From a virus (lineage: Duplodnaviria > Caudoviricetes), in IMG/VR virus record IMGVR_UViG_3300033067_000182, positions 1 to 28,601 of that record: a stretch of 28,601 nt of DNA. The stretch is one strand, 5' to 3'. The notes below the pieces were generated by a model. That model did not search any database. It worked only from the letters and a program-made list of their open reading frames with translations, and was not told the origin of the DNA. Positions 8,084 through 16,857 of this stretch are shown here, piece after piece. Every line of letters begins with the position of its first letter. The stretch's first letter is position 1. Both the position numbers and the translations under genes were made by a program.

Positions 8084-8579
8084 AGACGTATCGTTCTTTT
8101 ACGGCACTGAAGTAGAGCATACGCCGGCACATGGCAAGTACACATTGTTTGTGGTCGGAGTGCAATCACTTGATAGCATTGCAATGGCGTTGTCTAGAAG
8201 TGAGAAGCCTGTGGAGCATATCTATTTTGGGGCCAACATGAGTTTTCCGAATCCGGCTACTAACGATCCTGTATGGAATGATTGGGAAAATATGATCACA
8301 CCATTCTTGGAGAGAGGTTATCAATGCACACTGGACATTGACTCTAAAAGTGTTGAGGGTCTCTTAGAAGGAGGCCTGTGTGAGCGTAACAGCTTTATCC
8401 CAATGATTTCGGTAAAGTTGCCGTATTTACAACAGCTTGGGTACAATGCTACAATCAAGCTGGACGACAAGGACTTTGACGCAACTAACCCTGGTGTGTG
8501 GTGTCACAGTTTACATGACTTAAAAAGTCGTGCAGTATTTACAGATTGGTCTAAGTACACTAAGGACGAAACACTATGA
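8064..8579 (+). CDS. hypothetical protein overlapping the end of the TGT-like gene
   Basis: 171-aa ATG ORF with a globular alpha/beta pattern (HIYFGAN, TLDID, NPGVWCH). Confidence 0.8.
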   Translation: MNRQGHEDVSFFYGTEVEHTPAHGKYTLFVVGVQSLDSIAMALSRSEKPVEHIYFGANMSFPNPATNDPVWNDWENMITPFLERGYQCTLDIDSKSVEGLLEGGLCERNSFIPMISVKLPYLQQLGYNATIKLDDKDFDATNPGVWCHSLHDLKSRAVFTDWSKYTKDETL

Positions 8580-8800
8580 CACGTTGGGATAAGGAATCGG
8601 GACTGTATCTTTTTACACCAGAAGAGTTTACAAAGTTACCCGATGGCATTAAACTAACAAGCATTAATAAGAAAACCTACGTTAAGGGCACTGACTACAT
8701 TGACCAAGATGTTCGATTCGGACACATAGCATTTGGTGTAACTGATCCGTGGAATCACCCCGAGCGTGATTTATTTTTAACATTTATTTTAAGTGAGTAA
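8576..8800 (+). CDS. hypothetical protein, 74 aa
   Basis: ATGA overlap with the upstream gene; fills the gap in the operon. Confidence 0.7.
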   Translation: MTRWDKESGLYLFTPEEFTKLPDGIKLTSINKKTYVKGTDYIDQDVRFGHIAFGVTDPWNHPERDLFLTFILSE

Positions 8801-8801
8801 T

Positions 8802-9248
8802 ATGAGTAGAGACCAAGCACTAGCAGACAAACGCACACGCATTATGGATCGTGCCGAGCGTAAAATTTGGGTTACCTTTCGCAAGGAAGGAATCCACAAG
8901 TATCCAGCAGCAGCAACTGACCCGACACTAGCAACAGGCGACGAATACGATGTATCGTTCCTGGGCGTCCCGCATCGTCATATCTTCCACTTCCGTGTAT
9001 GGATTGACGTATTCCACAATGACCGCGATGTTGAGTTTATTCAATTCAAACGCTGGTTGGAAAACTTGTATCGAGACTCTACCTTGAGCCTGGATTTCAA
9101 GAGCTGCGAAATGATTGCTGACGATTTGTACACACAGATCAACACAAAATATCCAGACCGTTCTGTTTGGATTGAGGTAGCCGAAGATGGTGAAAACGGC
9201 GCACTCATTAAATATGAAACTCACCTTCCACAACTTATCAACGTTTAA
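8802..9248 (+). CDS. QueD/PTPS-like tunnelling-fold protein (divergent second copy)
   Basis: N-terminal His (GIHKY), HRH in place of HGH, 'SCEMIA' like the PTPS T/SxE helix, C-terminal 'IEVAEDGENGA'; ATG 8802 preferred over GTG 8793. Confidence 0.6.
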   Translation: MSRDQALADKRTRIMDRAERKIWVTFRKEGIHKYPAAATDPTLATGDEYDVSFLGVPHRHIFHFRVWIDVFHNDRDVEFIQFKRWLENLYRDSTLSLDFKSCEMIADDLYTQINTKYPDRSVWIEVAEDGENGALIKYETHLPQLINV

Positions 9249-9259
9249 GGAAAAACAAA

Positions 9260-9523
9260 ATGGCAAATGAGCATCTGCAAAAATACTTCCGTATGACCAA
9301 AGAGGTCCGCAACCTGTTCGACGACCTCGAAGAATACCTGGAGTTTTGCAAGAAGCAGGGCTATGTCTATGACGAAGCTCACCTCTACAACGAGAAGACC
9401 CCTTGGGGTGAGATGCAGCGTGTGAAAGCAGGCAAGCATCCAAAGGACAATTGGAGTCCCTATCCAAAAGAAAAACGTGACTTCAAGCCGCGTGATCGCA
9501 ACACAAACTGGAAGTATCGTTAA
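9260..9523 (+). CDS. hypothetical protein, 87 aa
   Basis: SD AAGGA, ATG ORF, basic C-terminus. Confidence 0.75.
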   Translation: MANEHLQKYFRMTKEVRNLFDDLEEYLEFCKKQGYVYDEAHLYNEKTPWGEMQRVKAGKHPKDNWSPYPKEKRDFKPRDRNTNWKYR

Positions 9524-9525
9524 TC

Positions 9526-9918
9526 ATGAGCTCGAGCGAAAAAGATCAAAGCGACTTTAACCTCGAGCGTTTCATTGACATGTTCGACGAGGCATTAACT
9601 AGCAAAGACGAACGTGTCACTAACGCACTTCGTCAGTTAATGATGATGGTTATTTTAACTAAGCCGGATCCTCAAGCAAAAACAGCAATTGGTCCATTCC
9701 GTGAACTATTTGATAACGTTTCACGACTAAGTCGTCGTGTTAGTGCGGTAGAACAAGAACTAGCAAGGTCGCACCACCACACTAATGCTAGCAAGAGAGA
9801 AGAGTATTATCGTTGGGATTCTTACCGAGATCCATATAGCCTAAAAGCAACTATGGACAAATTCGAATTCGACAGTGAATATTTAAGCGGCATTATTAAC
9901 AAGGCAAACCCAAAATGA
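9526..9918 (+). CDS. hypothetical helical protein, 130 aa
   Basis: ATG ORF tightly packed in the operon. Confidence 0.75.
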   Translation: MSSSEKDQSDFNLERFIDMFDEALTSKDERVTNALRQLMMMVILTKPDPQAKTAIGPFRELFDNVSRLSRRVSAVEQELARSHHHTNASKREEYYRWDSYRDPYSLKATMDKFEFDSEYLSGIINKANPK

Positions 9919-11093
9919 GAAAACTATATTACATGGGGTTAGAGAGCTACAAGGCTCGCTACACCCTACAACTAACAGAATGGAACAAGCGTGTTTTTGA
10001 TCGCCGCGGTGTTGAAGCAGTTTACGTTCCTGGGCTTACGTTAGACAACAGCCAAAAAATTGTAACCGGTCAAGTGCTAGACGCACACGGTCGCAGCTAC
10101 TTTGGTATGAGCCAAATGATGAACTTGGTTCGTCTGATGCAACAAGGAGAACTAACCAATGAAGACGTCGTTTATTTCGAAGATATGTTCCAACCTGGAA
10201 TTGAATCGTTACCATACATACTCAAACAGGTACCGGAGTCGTCAAGACCAAGAATCTTTGTTCGTTGTCTCGCTCAGTCTATTGACCCTGATGATTTCGT
10301 ACATGTCTGGGGCATGTCTGACTTTATGGGTCACTATGAACGTATGGTGGACAGTTTCGTGGACGGTGTATTGGCCACTAATGAAGAGATGGTAATGCAC
10401 ATGAAGATTGCGGGTTGGAAGGCCCCGATCTATAACATTAGTGGACTAGTGTTTAACTCCGAAGAAGTTCGTGAACGTGTTGGCAACAACATTAAGCCAT
10501 TTGGCGAACGCAAGCATCGTGTGGTGTTCTCTGCACGTTGGGATCAAGAGAAGCAACCGAACTTCTACATGGATGTTATTAATGCATGGCACGAACGTCA
10601 TCCTGGCTCAGGTGTAGAGTTTGCTATTTGCTCCGGTGCTACACTAAAGAGCAACAACGACAGCTATATGGAACGTACTCGCAGTATGCAAGCTGCTGGT
10701 TTGCTGACCATTTACGAAGACCTAGAAAAGAACCAATACTATGACATTGTTAACGATAGCCGTGTTGTTTTTAATTGTGCATTACAAGATTGGGTCTCTA
10801 ACACTGTCTCCGAAGCTGACGCTTTGGGATGCAATGTACTTTATCCTGCTTATCGTTCTTTCCCTGAAACTTTTGCAAACGATCATACACGTATGTACGT
10901 ACCCTGGAGCATTGAAGATGCCCTAGACAAGCTAGAAAAGCTGTTGCAAAAGCCAAGCGAGAACATGGGCAAGATTAGCGCATGGACTAGTGGAACAGCA
11001 GATCGCATCGTCGACATTATTGAAGGCAAAGGCGAACAGTGGCTGCGGATGTCAACAGATTATCGCAAGCACACTCATGAGTCTAAATACTAA
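9915..11093 (+). CDS. GT-B fold glycosyltransferase (GT4-like)
   Basis: C-terminal domain 'VVFSARWDQEKQP' and 'QDWVSNTVSEADALGCNVL' match the GT4 R..EK and E-x7-E-like donor-binding region. Confidence 0.8.
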   Translation: MRKLYYMGLESYKARYTLQLTEWNKRVFDRRGVEAVYVPGLTLDNSQKIVTGQVLDAHGRSYFGMSQMMNLVRLMQQGELTNEDVVYFEDMFQPGIESLPYILKQVPESSRPRIFVRCLAQSIDPDDFVHVWGMSDFMGHYERMVDSFVDGVLATNEEMVMHMKIAGWKAPIYNISGLVFNSEEVRERVGNNIKPFGERKHRVVFSARWDQEKQPNFYMDVINAWHERHPGSGVEFAICSGATLKSNNDSYMERTRSMQAAGLLTIYEDLEKNQYYDIVNDSRVVFNCALQDWVSNTVSEADALGCNVLYPAYRSFPETFANDHTRMYVPWSIEDALDKLEKLLQKPSENMGKISAWTSGTADRIVDIIEGKGEQWLRMSTDYRKHTHESKY

Positions 11094-11262
11094 ACAAGAA
11101 ATTTGGGTAACGTTAGCTGGGGAGAAATACCCCACGCTAACTGAAGATCAACTATTAGCTCTCAGTCTAAAAGCTGCGAGCGAATGGTATCTAGGGGGAG
11201 ATGCAGCACTGGTTGAATTGTTTGACCAATACGTGATGCTAAAGAAAATAAAGGATCTATGA
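11077..11262 (+). CDS. hypothetical protein, 61 aa
   Basis: ATG 11077 gives a short overlap with the glycosyltransferase end; ATGA coupling to the next gene. Confidence 0.6.
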   Translation: MSLNTKQEIWVTLAGEKYPTLTEDQLLALSLKAASEWYLGGDAALVELFDQYVMLKKIKDL

Positions 11263-11930
11263 TGGCAACTTGGGAGTTAACTACAGAATGGAAAAAGAGC
11301 TCCATTGAGCGTCAGTTCTGGTTTAACGGTAATAAGTGCATTATCCGAGAAGTGGGATACCGTTGGGGGACTTTTACAGTAGACTCTGATGTGCGTCCGC
11401 TTACTAATGAAGAACTAAAAAACGACGACGGCTACGAACTTGGATGCATCGACAATGACGAATGTTGGGAATTGCAAGACCTAAATGACGGGTGTTGGAC
11501 CGAGCTCGAAGCTGGTAGTAACGCTACACCGCAAGACCTCAATGAGTTCACCGAAGGATGGGAAGAAGACAGCTACGAGGGAGTTGAGGCACTAGGTTGG
11601 TCGCTCGATGATACTGAATACTACTTCTCCCCGGGTCCGCTGAAACTCACCAATCTTAGCACTGGTGTTGAGTATAGTGGATCTGTTGACCCGGCAACCA
11701 TTGTTCACACTCTTGAGTTACCGTCTACTACAGTTAACTCGGGCCTAACAGATTGGTTCCCGGCAAGCATTAACCCTGTACACAAGGGCACCTATCAAGT
11801 TTTAGACAGTGAAGAAGAAACAAAATGGCCGTTTGGGTCTAACATTATTGCAGGCACATGGGATGGCAAGAAATGGAATGTTTCGGTCCCTGTAATCAAA
11901 TGGCGTGGTTTAGCCAATAAACCAAACTAA
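11259..11930 (+). CDS. acidic, Trp-rich hypothetical protein with a small C-terminal phage domain
   Basis: 223-aa ORF; C-terminal 'TDWFPASINPVHKGTY...WDGKKW...WRGL' resembles DUF551-type phage domains. Confidence 0.7.
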   Translation: MMATWELTTEWKKSSIERQFWFNGNKCIIREVGYRWGTFTVDSDVRPLTNEELKNDDGYELGCIDNDECWELQDLNDGCWTELEAGSNATPQDLNEFTEGWEEDSYEGVEALGWSLDDTEYYFSPGPLKLTNLSTGVEYSGSVDPATIVHTLELPSTTVNSGLTDWFPASINPVHKGTYQVLDSEEETKWPFGSNIIAGTWDGKKWNVSVPVIKWRGLANKPN

Positions 11931-11953
11931 TCATTTAACAAAGGAAAAATAAA

Positions 11954-12136
11954 ATGACAAATCTACAAGAACACTTCGACGCATACTTGGCTGAGAGCGA
12001 AAAATTTGAAGCAGGTAACAACGCAGCAGGCACTCGTGCTCGCAAGGCACTAGCAGAACTAGGTAAAGCAGTTAAGGCACGCCGCAACGAAATTACTGAA
12101 ACTAAGAACGCACGGGCAGAAGCTAAGAAGGCGTAA
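11954..12136 (+). CDS. histone H1-like Hc1-family small DNA-binding protein
   Basis: 'EKFEAGNNAAGTRARKALAELGKAVKARR' matches the Hc1 core (GNKAA..R.R); SD AAGGA. Confidence 0.75.
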   Translation: MTNLQEHFDAYLAESEKFEAGNNAAGTRARKALAELGKAVKARRNEITETKNARAEAKKA

Positions 12137-13125
12137 TGTCTAAAACAATCATCGTAACTGGTGGATGTGGCTACATTGGTAGCCATGTCGCACGAGCGTT
12201 TAAATTCGCAGATCCTACGAACAAAGTATTCATCATTGACCAGGTTAAAAGAGAGCATACTCTTAAGGGAATTGACGGATACTTTATTGACGACTTTGCG
12301 TCAGACGAATCACTATCGGTGATCATTTCCCAACAGCCTGATATTATTGTGCATTGTGCTGGTACTAGCTTGGTTGGACCATCAATGACTAATCCAGCCG
12401 AGTACTATCGAAACAACATTAGCAAGACCATTGCTATGTTAAATGTACTCAAGGACATGCCCAAGAAGCCAGCAATCATGTTTAGTTCAAGTGCTAGCGT
12501 TTACGGTACACCTGATCATATCCCGGTGCAAGAAGACGCCCGCAAGGATCCTATTAGTCCGTACGGCAACACTAAATATATGACAGAGCGTATTCTTCAT
12601 GACTATAGTGCAGCATACGGTATCAACAGCATTTGTTTTCGCTATTTCAACGCCGCTGGCGCAGATCCATTTACGTTTGACCTAGGTCAAGAGCAAGAAG
12701 CAACTCACATTGTTGCACGAGTTCTTGAAGCAAGTCTTGCGGGTCGTGCAGTTACTATTAACGGTGACGACTATGCAACTCCCGACGGCACTTGCGTTCG
12801 TGATTATGTTCACGTATGGGACATTGCCCTGGCGCACATTGCAGGGGCAGAGTTCTTTGACCAAACAACTGGTCCAGACACTACAGCATCGGCATCGATT
12901 TTTAACTTGGGCACAAACACTGGCATTAGTAATAAACAAATCGTTGATTACGTAGCAGGACGATATGGTATTCCGTTTGTTAACTATGGACCTCGACGTG
13001 CAGGTGATCCCGACGAGCTAATTGCAGATGCTTCTTTAGCTAAACAAATGCTAGGGTGGACTCCGCAGTATAGTGACATTGACACTATTATCAACTCAGC
13101 ATATAAATGGTATTGCAATAAATGA
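12136..13125 (+). CDS. galE: UDP-glucose 4-epimerase (extended SDR)
   Basis: TGGCGYIGSH, FSSSASVYG, PYGNTK (YxxxK), RYFNAAGAD, TPDGTCVRDYVHV, RRAGDP. Confidence 0.92.
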   Translation: MSKTIIVTGGCGYIGSHVARAFKFADPTNKVFIIDQVKREHTLKGIDGYFIDDFASDESLSVIISQQPDIIVHCAGTSLVGPSMTNPAEYYRNNISKTIAMLNVLKDMPKKPAIMFSSSASVYGTPDHIPVQEDARKDPISPYGNTKYMTERILHDYSAAYGINSICFRYFNAAGADPFTFDLGQEQEATHIVARVLEASLAGRAVTINGDDYATPDGTCVRDYVHVWDIALAHIAGAEFFDQTTGPDTTASASIFNLGTNTGISNKQIVDYVAGRYGIPFVNYGPRRAGDPDELIADASLAKQMLGWTPQYSDIDTIINSAYKWYCNK

Positions 13126-14054
13126 CACAACCACTTCAAGCGAATCTAAAAGGATGGCCGTTTGCTGCGGCCCAATGCGTAGTTAGTAAACAAAGCGAAG
13201 ACGCATTGCAGTTTTTCACGACACAGGCAATGTTTGAGAATTGCATGCACGACGATACAGTGATTCCGCGATACTATCAAAAGTTTCGTGATTGGATCGT
13301 GTCGTCGCATAACAATAACATCACGGGCCTTGATGCATTTCCAGTCGCAGCGTATAGCAACGGCACCACTGAGAGCTTTGATAAATTTTATCTAAAGCAC
13401 ACAACTCGTCGTTTCCGTTGCTTCCGTGGCGAATACATGTATCATAGAGTCGCTTGGCGTAACTATTTCCCAAATTGGGCATTCCTGGACGATGAGCCTC
13501 TTGCAGAAGGTGATGCAGTAGTGTGCAGCTTACCATTTGCAGACACTGGCGATGTGCATCCTGCATTTACGCAAGGTTTCCTGGACGAATGCCACGCCAA
13601 GGGTATACCGGTATTGATTGATGCGGCCTTTTACGGCATTGTTGGCCAATTCGATTACAACTTTGATCATCCTGCAATCACTGATATTACATTTAGCTTG
13701 AGCAAGTCTTTCCCAGTTAACTACATGCGTATCGGCATTCGATTTACTAGAGTAGACGACGACGATAGCTTGTTAGTTTACCACAAGACTCAATACGTGA
13801 ATCGACTCGGTGCCGCAGTTGGTCTAAAGTTCATGGAGTCGCGATCATGTGATAGCATTTACGATACCTATAGGACCAAGCAGCTCGATTGGTGTGACCG
13901 CATGGGGTTAGAACCCAGCAAGTGCGTAATCTTTGGCATTGACTACAAACATCGATATGATCATTACAACCGTGGCATGGCAGACTCTAATAGGCTTTGC
14001 TTTGCAAAATATTACGAGAGTAATGTTTTACCAGTTGACACAAAATCGCAATAA
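13122..14054 (+). CDS. PLP-dependent fold type I enzyme (aminotransferase/decarboxylase-like)
   Basis: NGTTESF, LIDAAF (PLP-binding Asp), FSLSKSF (Schiff-base Lys), RIG. Confidence 0.75.
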   Translation: MTQPLQANLKGWPFAAAQCVVSKQSEDALQFFTTQAMFENCMHDDTVIPRYYQKFRDWIVSSHNNNITGLDAFPVAAYSNGTTESFDKFYLKHTTRRFRCFRGEYMYHRVAWRNYFPNWAFLDDEPLAEGDAVVCSLPFADTGDVHPAFTQGFLDECHAKGIPVLIDAAFYGIVGQFDYNFDHPAITDITFSLSKSFPVNYMRIGIRFTRVDDDDSLLVYHKTQYVNRLGAAVGLKFMESRSCDSIYDTYRTKQLDWCDRMGLEPSKCVIFGIDYKHRYDHYNRGMADSNRLCFAKYYESNVLPVDTKSQ

Positions 14055-14070
14055 ACTGCTACCATATTTG

Positions 14071-14100
14071 TTGACTTTGCGTCTCTAAATACACTACAAT
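14071..14100 (+). promoter_or_regulatory. sigma70-like promoter TTGACT-N18-TACAAT with CTAAATA in the spacer
   Basis: -35 14071-14076, -10 14095-14100, CTAAATA 14085-14091; upstream of folE. Confidence 0.55.
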
Positions 14101-14141
14101 CAAATACAGGTCATCCACGACCTTAACTCGGAGAATAATAA

Positions 14142-14840
14142 TTGGACAATAGTAAAAATTTATCACAAGTAATCAGAAACAGATTACAAAGTTCTAACAC
14201 CCGCTTCTGGGCAGGCGACAATATCAGCGAGCATATTACAGACAGTGAGAAGGACCAACTCATTGACGAGCTCACTGAAAAGTTTGAGGGCGTGTTGGAC
14301 AGCTTGATCATTGATCGGCACAATGATCCTAATAGCATGGGCACCGCCCGCCGACTAGCGAAGATGTACGTTTATGAAATTATGGCTGGCAGGTATGAGA
14401 AGAGCCCAAATGCTACGGCTTTCCCAAATGATACAGAAGGAGCATACGATGGTATGCTTGTGGTGCGTAGCGAGCTTAAGAGCATGTGCTCGCATCACCA
14501 CCAACCTGTTACGGGTGTTGCTTATATTGGAATCATTGCTGGGCCGAAACTCATCGGTCTATCTAAGTACACGCGAATCGCCCAGTGGTGCGCTCGCCGC
14601 GGAACGTTACAAGAAGAACTTTGCATGGACATTGCTCGCGAAATTGAGTTCGCAACTGGATCCAGCGACGTGGCGGTTTATATCCAAGCTACCCACGGAT
14701 GTTGCGAGAATCGTGGCATTATGGCTCACAGTAGTCTCACGCAAACAACAGTTCTCAACGGTGCGTTCAAATCTGATGCATCAGTTAAGAAAGAGTTCTT
14801 TGATAACATCAAGCTTCAGCAAGAGTTTGCACCACGATGA
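14142..14840 (+). CDS. folE: GTP cyclohydrolase I (type IA)
   Basis: SMCSHHHQP, IGLSKYTR, RGTLQEEL, HGCCENRGI motifs; TTG start with SD GGAG at 14130-14133. Confidence 0.95.
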   Translation: MDNSKNLSQVIRNRLQSSNTRFWAGDNISEHITDSEKDQLIDELTEKFEGVLDSLIIDRHNDPNSMGTARRLAKMYVYEIMAGRYEKSPNATAFPNDTEGAYDGMLVVRSELKSMCSHHHQPVTGVAYIGIIAGPKLIGLSKYTRIAQWCARRGTLQEELCMDIAREIEFATGSSDVAVYIQATHGCCENRGIMAHSSLTQTTVLNGAFKSDASVKKEFFDNIKLQQEFAPR

Positions 14841-15676
14841 GCGTTGAGTGGAAACCCATTGGGCACAAGGGATGGGCGTCAGTTGCAATTGATGCTCCTA
14901 ACTTTTGTCTAAAGGTTAACAACCACTCATCTCACGTATACACCAATTTTGGAGATGCAACTGACTACACTGCTAATCTTCTACTCAGTGAATGGAACAA
15001 CAAACCATTGTACCTTGCACTTAGTGGAGGATTAGATAGTGAGTGTGTTGCAAATTCTTTAGTTAGGAATCGTATACCATTTACGCCGGTTATCTTAAAA
15101 ATCGGAGACGTGAATAGACTAGAAACTTGGTATGCAGAATATTGGTGTTACGCGAATAACATTACACCGTTAGTGATTGAATACACTAGCGATAGCTTTG
15201 CTGCCAAGTGCCGTCAGTTTGCTAAACAATCCATACATCTAAGAAACTTTTTCCAAACCGCAGTTTACATACTGTATGAAAAGGTCGAACAACTAGGCGG
15301 CTACTGCATTAACGCAGCAGGCGATATTAACTTAGATAGCGAAACTGGAAAGTTCTACTGTCAAAGTTTGGATTTTGCAAGTGATTTATTGGGATACAAT
15401 CACCCTAGCTCATTCTTTATGTACACTCCCGAGATTGCATTAAGCTACATCAATCAATTCAATGAGAAGCTAGGCGAACAATACAACAAACTACGATTCT
15501 ACGGAGTAACACCGCGTCCCAAGATCGATTACGTGTTTCCGTTGCATTTTGGCCAACAGTCAGTGAAAGATACTGTGTATAGCATAGCAGGTCTAGCAAA
15601 AATTGACCCACTGAGCTATTGCCGATTCTGGTACGGCAGCAAACAAGACGTGGTTAACTTGATACAAGGCACATAA
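14837..15676 (+). CDS. PP-loop (adenine nucleotide alpha-hydrolase) family protein, paralog 1
   Basis: LYLALSGGLDSE PP-loop; no QueC C-terminal Cys/zinc motif. Confidence 0.75.
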   Translation: MSVEWKPIGHKGWASVAIDAPNFCLKVNNHSSHVYTNFGDATDYTANLLLSEWNNKPLYLALSGGLDSECVANSLVRNRIPFTPVILKIGDVNRLETWYAEYWCYANNITPLVIEYTSDSFAAKCRQFAKQSIHLRNFFQTAVYILYEKVEQLGGYCINAAGDINLDSETGKFYCQSLDFASDLLGYNHPSSFFMYTPEIALSYINQFNEKLGEQYNKLRFYGVTPRPKIDYVFPLHFGQQSVKDTVYSIAGLAKIDPLSYCRFWYGSKQDVVNLIQGT

Positions 15677-15677
15677 C

Positions 15678-16016
15678 ATGATTGCATTACCACCGGGCTG
15701 CACTGTTACATACAGTGTGTGGATCGACGTTAAGGAAATGACAAACGACATCATTGATTGGTATCGCTTAATCGGCGGCACAATCACAGAAGATAGTTGG
15801 CAAAACCATCGCGGAAACAAGGTTCACCGAGAATTTGTGCAGTACGGAAAAGCCAAGCGATGTCATTATCGTCAAGATGGCTCGGGCGGTATTAGATTGC
15901 ACTTCCACGGCGACGATGCTAGTGTGGCAAGCATGTTCCTTCTCAAGTTTATGGATGTAGTTGAACAGCATAATCTAAAAGAAGTCCAAGACTACCACGA
16001 TACAGTAAATGGATAA
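15678..16016 (+). CDS. hypothetical protein, 112 aa
   Basis: ATG ORF packed between the two PP-loop genes. Confidence 0.75.
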   Translation: MIALPPGCTVTYSVWIDVKEMTNDIIDWYRLIGGTITEDSWQNHRGNKVHREFVQYGKAKRCHYRQDGSGGIRLHFHGDDASVASMFLLKFMDVVEQHNLKEVQDYHDTVNG

Positions 16017-16857
16017 AAATATTACCTGCAAGGGCGGGCACAAACAATGGTATACAGTGTCAATTGACATTAGAGAAGATCCGGGGCAGTCAGAGTGGCA
16101 ATTGCAACTTGATAGTTCAGGAACCAATTTGATGCCATTCCAAGATGCTGCTGATTACACTGCACAATTGATTTCACAGAAGTATAGTAATATATTTGTG
16201 GGCCTTAGTGGGGGCCTCGACAGTGAGTACATTGCAGAAGTAATGTATCGCAATGGCATCCCTTTTACTCCTATTATCCTTGAGCGTCCTGATAGTAGAG
16301 ATCATGAATATGCATTGCATTGGTGCAAGCAACGCAACATCAACCCGATGGTCATTGAGTTTGACATCAATCAGCTATTACGCCGCACTATTAAGATTGT
16401 GCAGCACTTGAAGCAGCGCATATTGAATTACGTTATCATTTACTATCTAGCAGATATTGCAGAAGAACATGGCGGAGTCTTGGTTACTGGCGAACCAACC
16501 ATTGGCGACGATAGCGTAGCAGAGTTTGGTGTACCAATTGGCGACACATTTGGCATCAGCATTGGAAGTTTCATGACAGAGATATTTCACAAGTCTGCAC
16601 ACCCGGGGCCATTTTTCTTATATACCCCGGAGCTCATATATTCGTATGCTGCCCATTTGGATACCAGCCTCAGTGATGCAGAGTCGCGAAGCAAACTATA
16701 CAACTTGCCATTCCGTCCAAAGAATGAACCGGTAATATACTCAACTGAAACGGTTGATAAATTGGTGTACTTGCTAAAACAGACTAAGTACACTAGCTTA
16801 CCCAACAACTTTCACGTGGTATGGGACAAGCAAGAATTTATTTCTAAATTCCAATAG
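16009..16857 (+). CDS. PP-loop (adenine nucleotide alpha-hydrolase) family protein, paralog 2
   Basis: IFVGLSGGLDSE; shares DYTA, IPFTP.IL, HP..FF.YTPE and RPK blocks with 14837..15676. Confidence 0.75.
   Translation: MDKNITCKGGHKQWYTVSIDIREDPGQSEWQLQLDSSGTNLMPFQDAADYTAQLISQKYSNIFVGLSGGLDSEYIAEVMYRNGIPFTPIILERPDSRDHEYALHWCKQRNINPMVIEFDINQLLRRTIKIVQHLKQRILNYVIIYYLADIAEEHGGVLVTGEPTIGDDSVAEFGVPIGDTFGISIGSFMTEIFHKSAHPGPFFLYTPELIYSYAAHLDTSLSDAESRSKLYNLPFRPKNEPVIYSTETVDKLVYLLKQTKYTSLPNNFHVVWDKQEFISKFQ

Noticed and set aside
11083-11089. CTAAATA at the end of the glycosyltransferase gene as a late promoter
   Set aside because: It lies inside overlapping coding sequence, and such a short AT-rich motif is expected by chance.
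14837-16857. Calling either PP-loop gene queC
   Set aside because: Only the generic SGGLDS loop matches; QueC-specific motifs (YGQRH, VPxRN, YPDC, C-terminal CxxC cluster) are absent.
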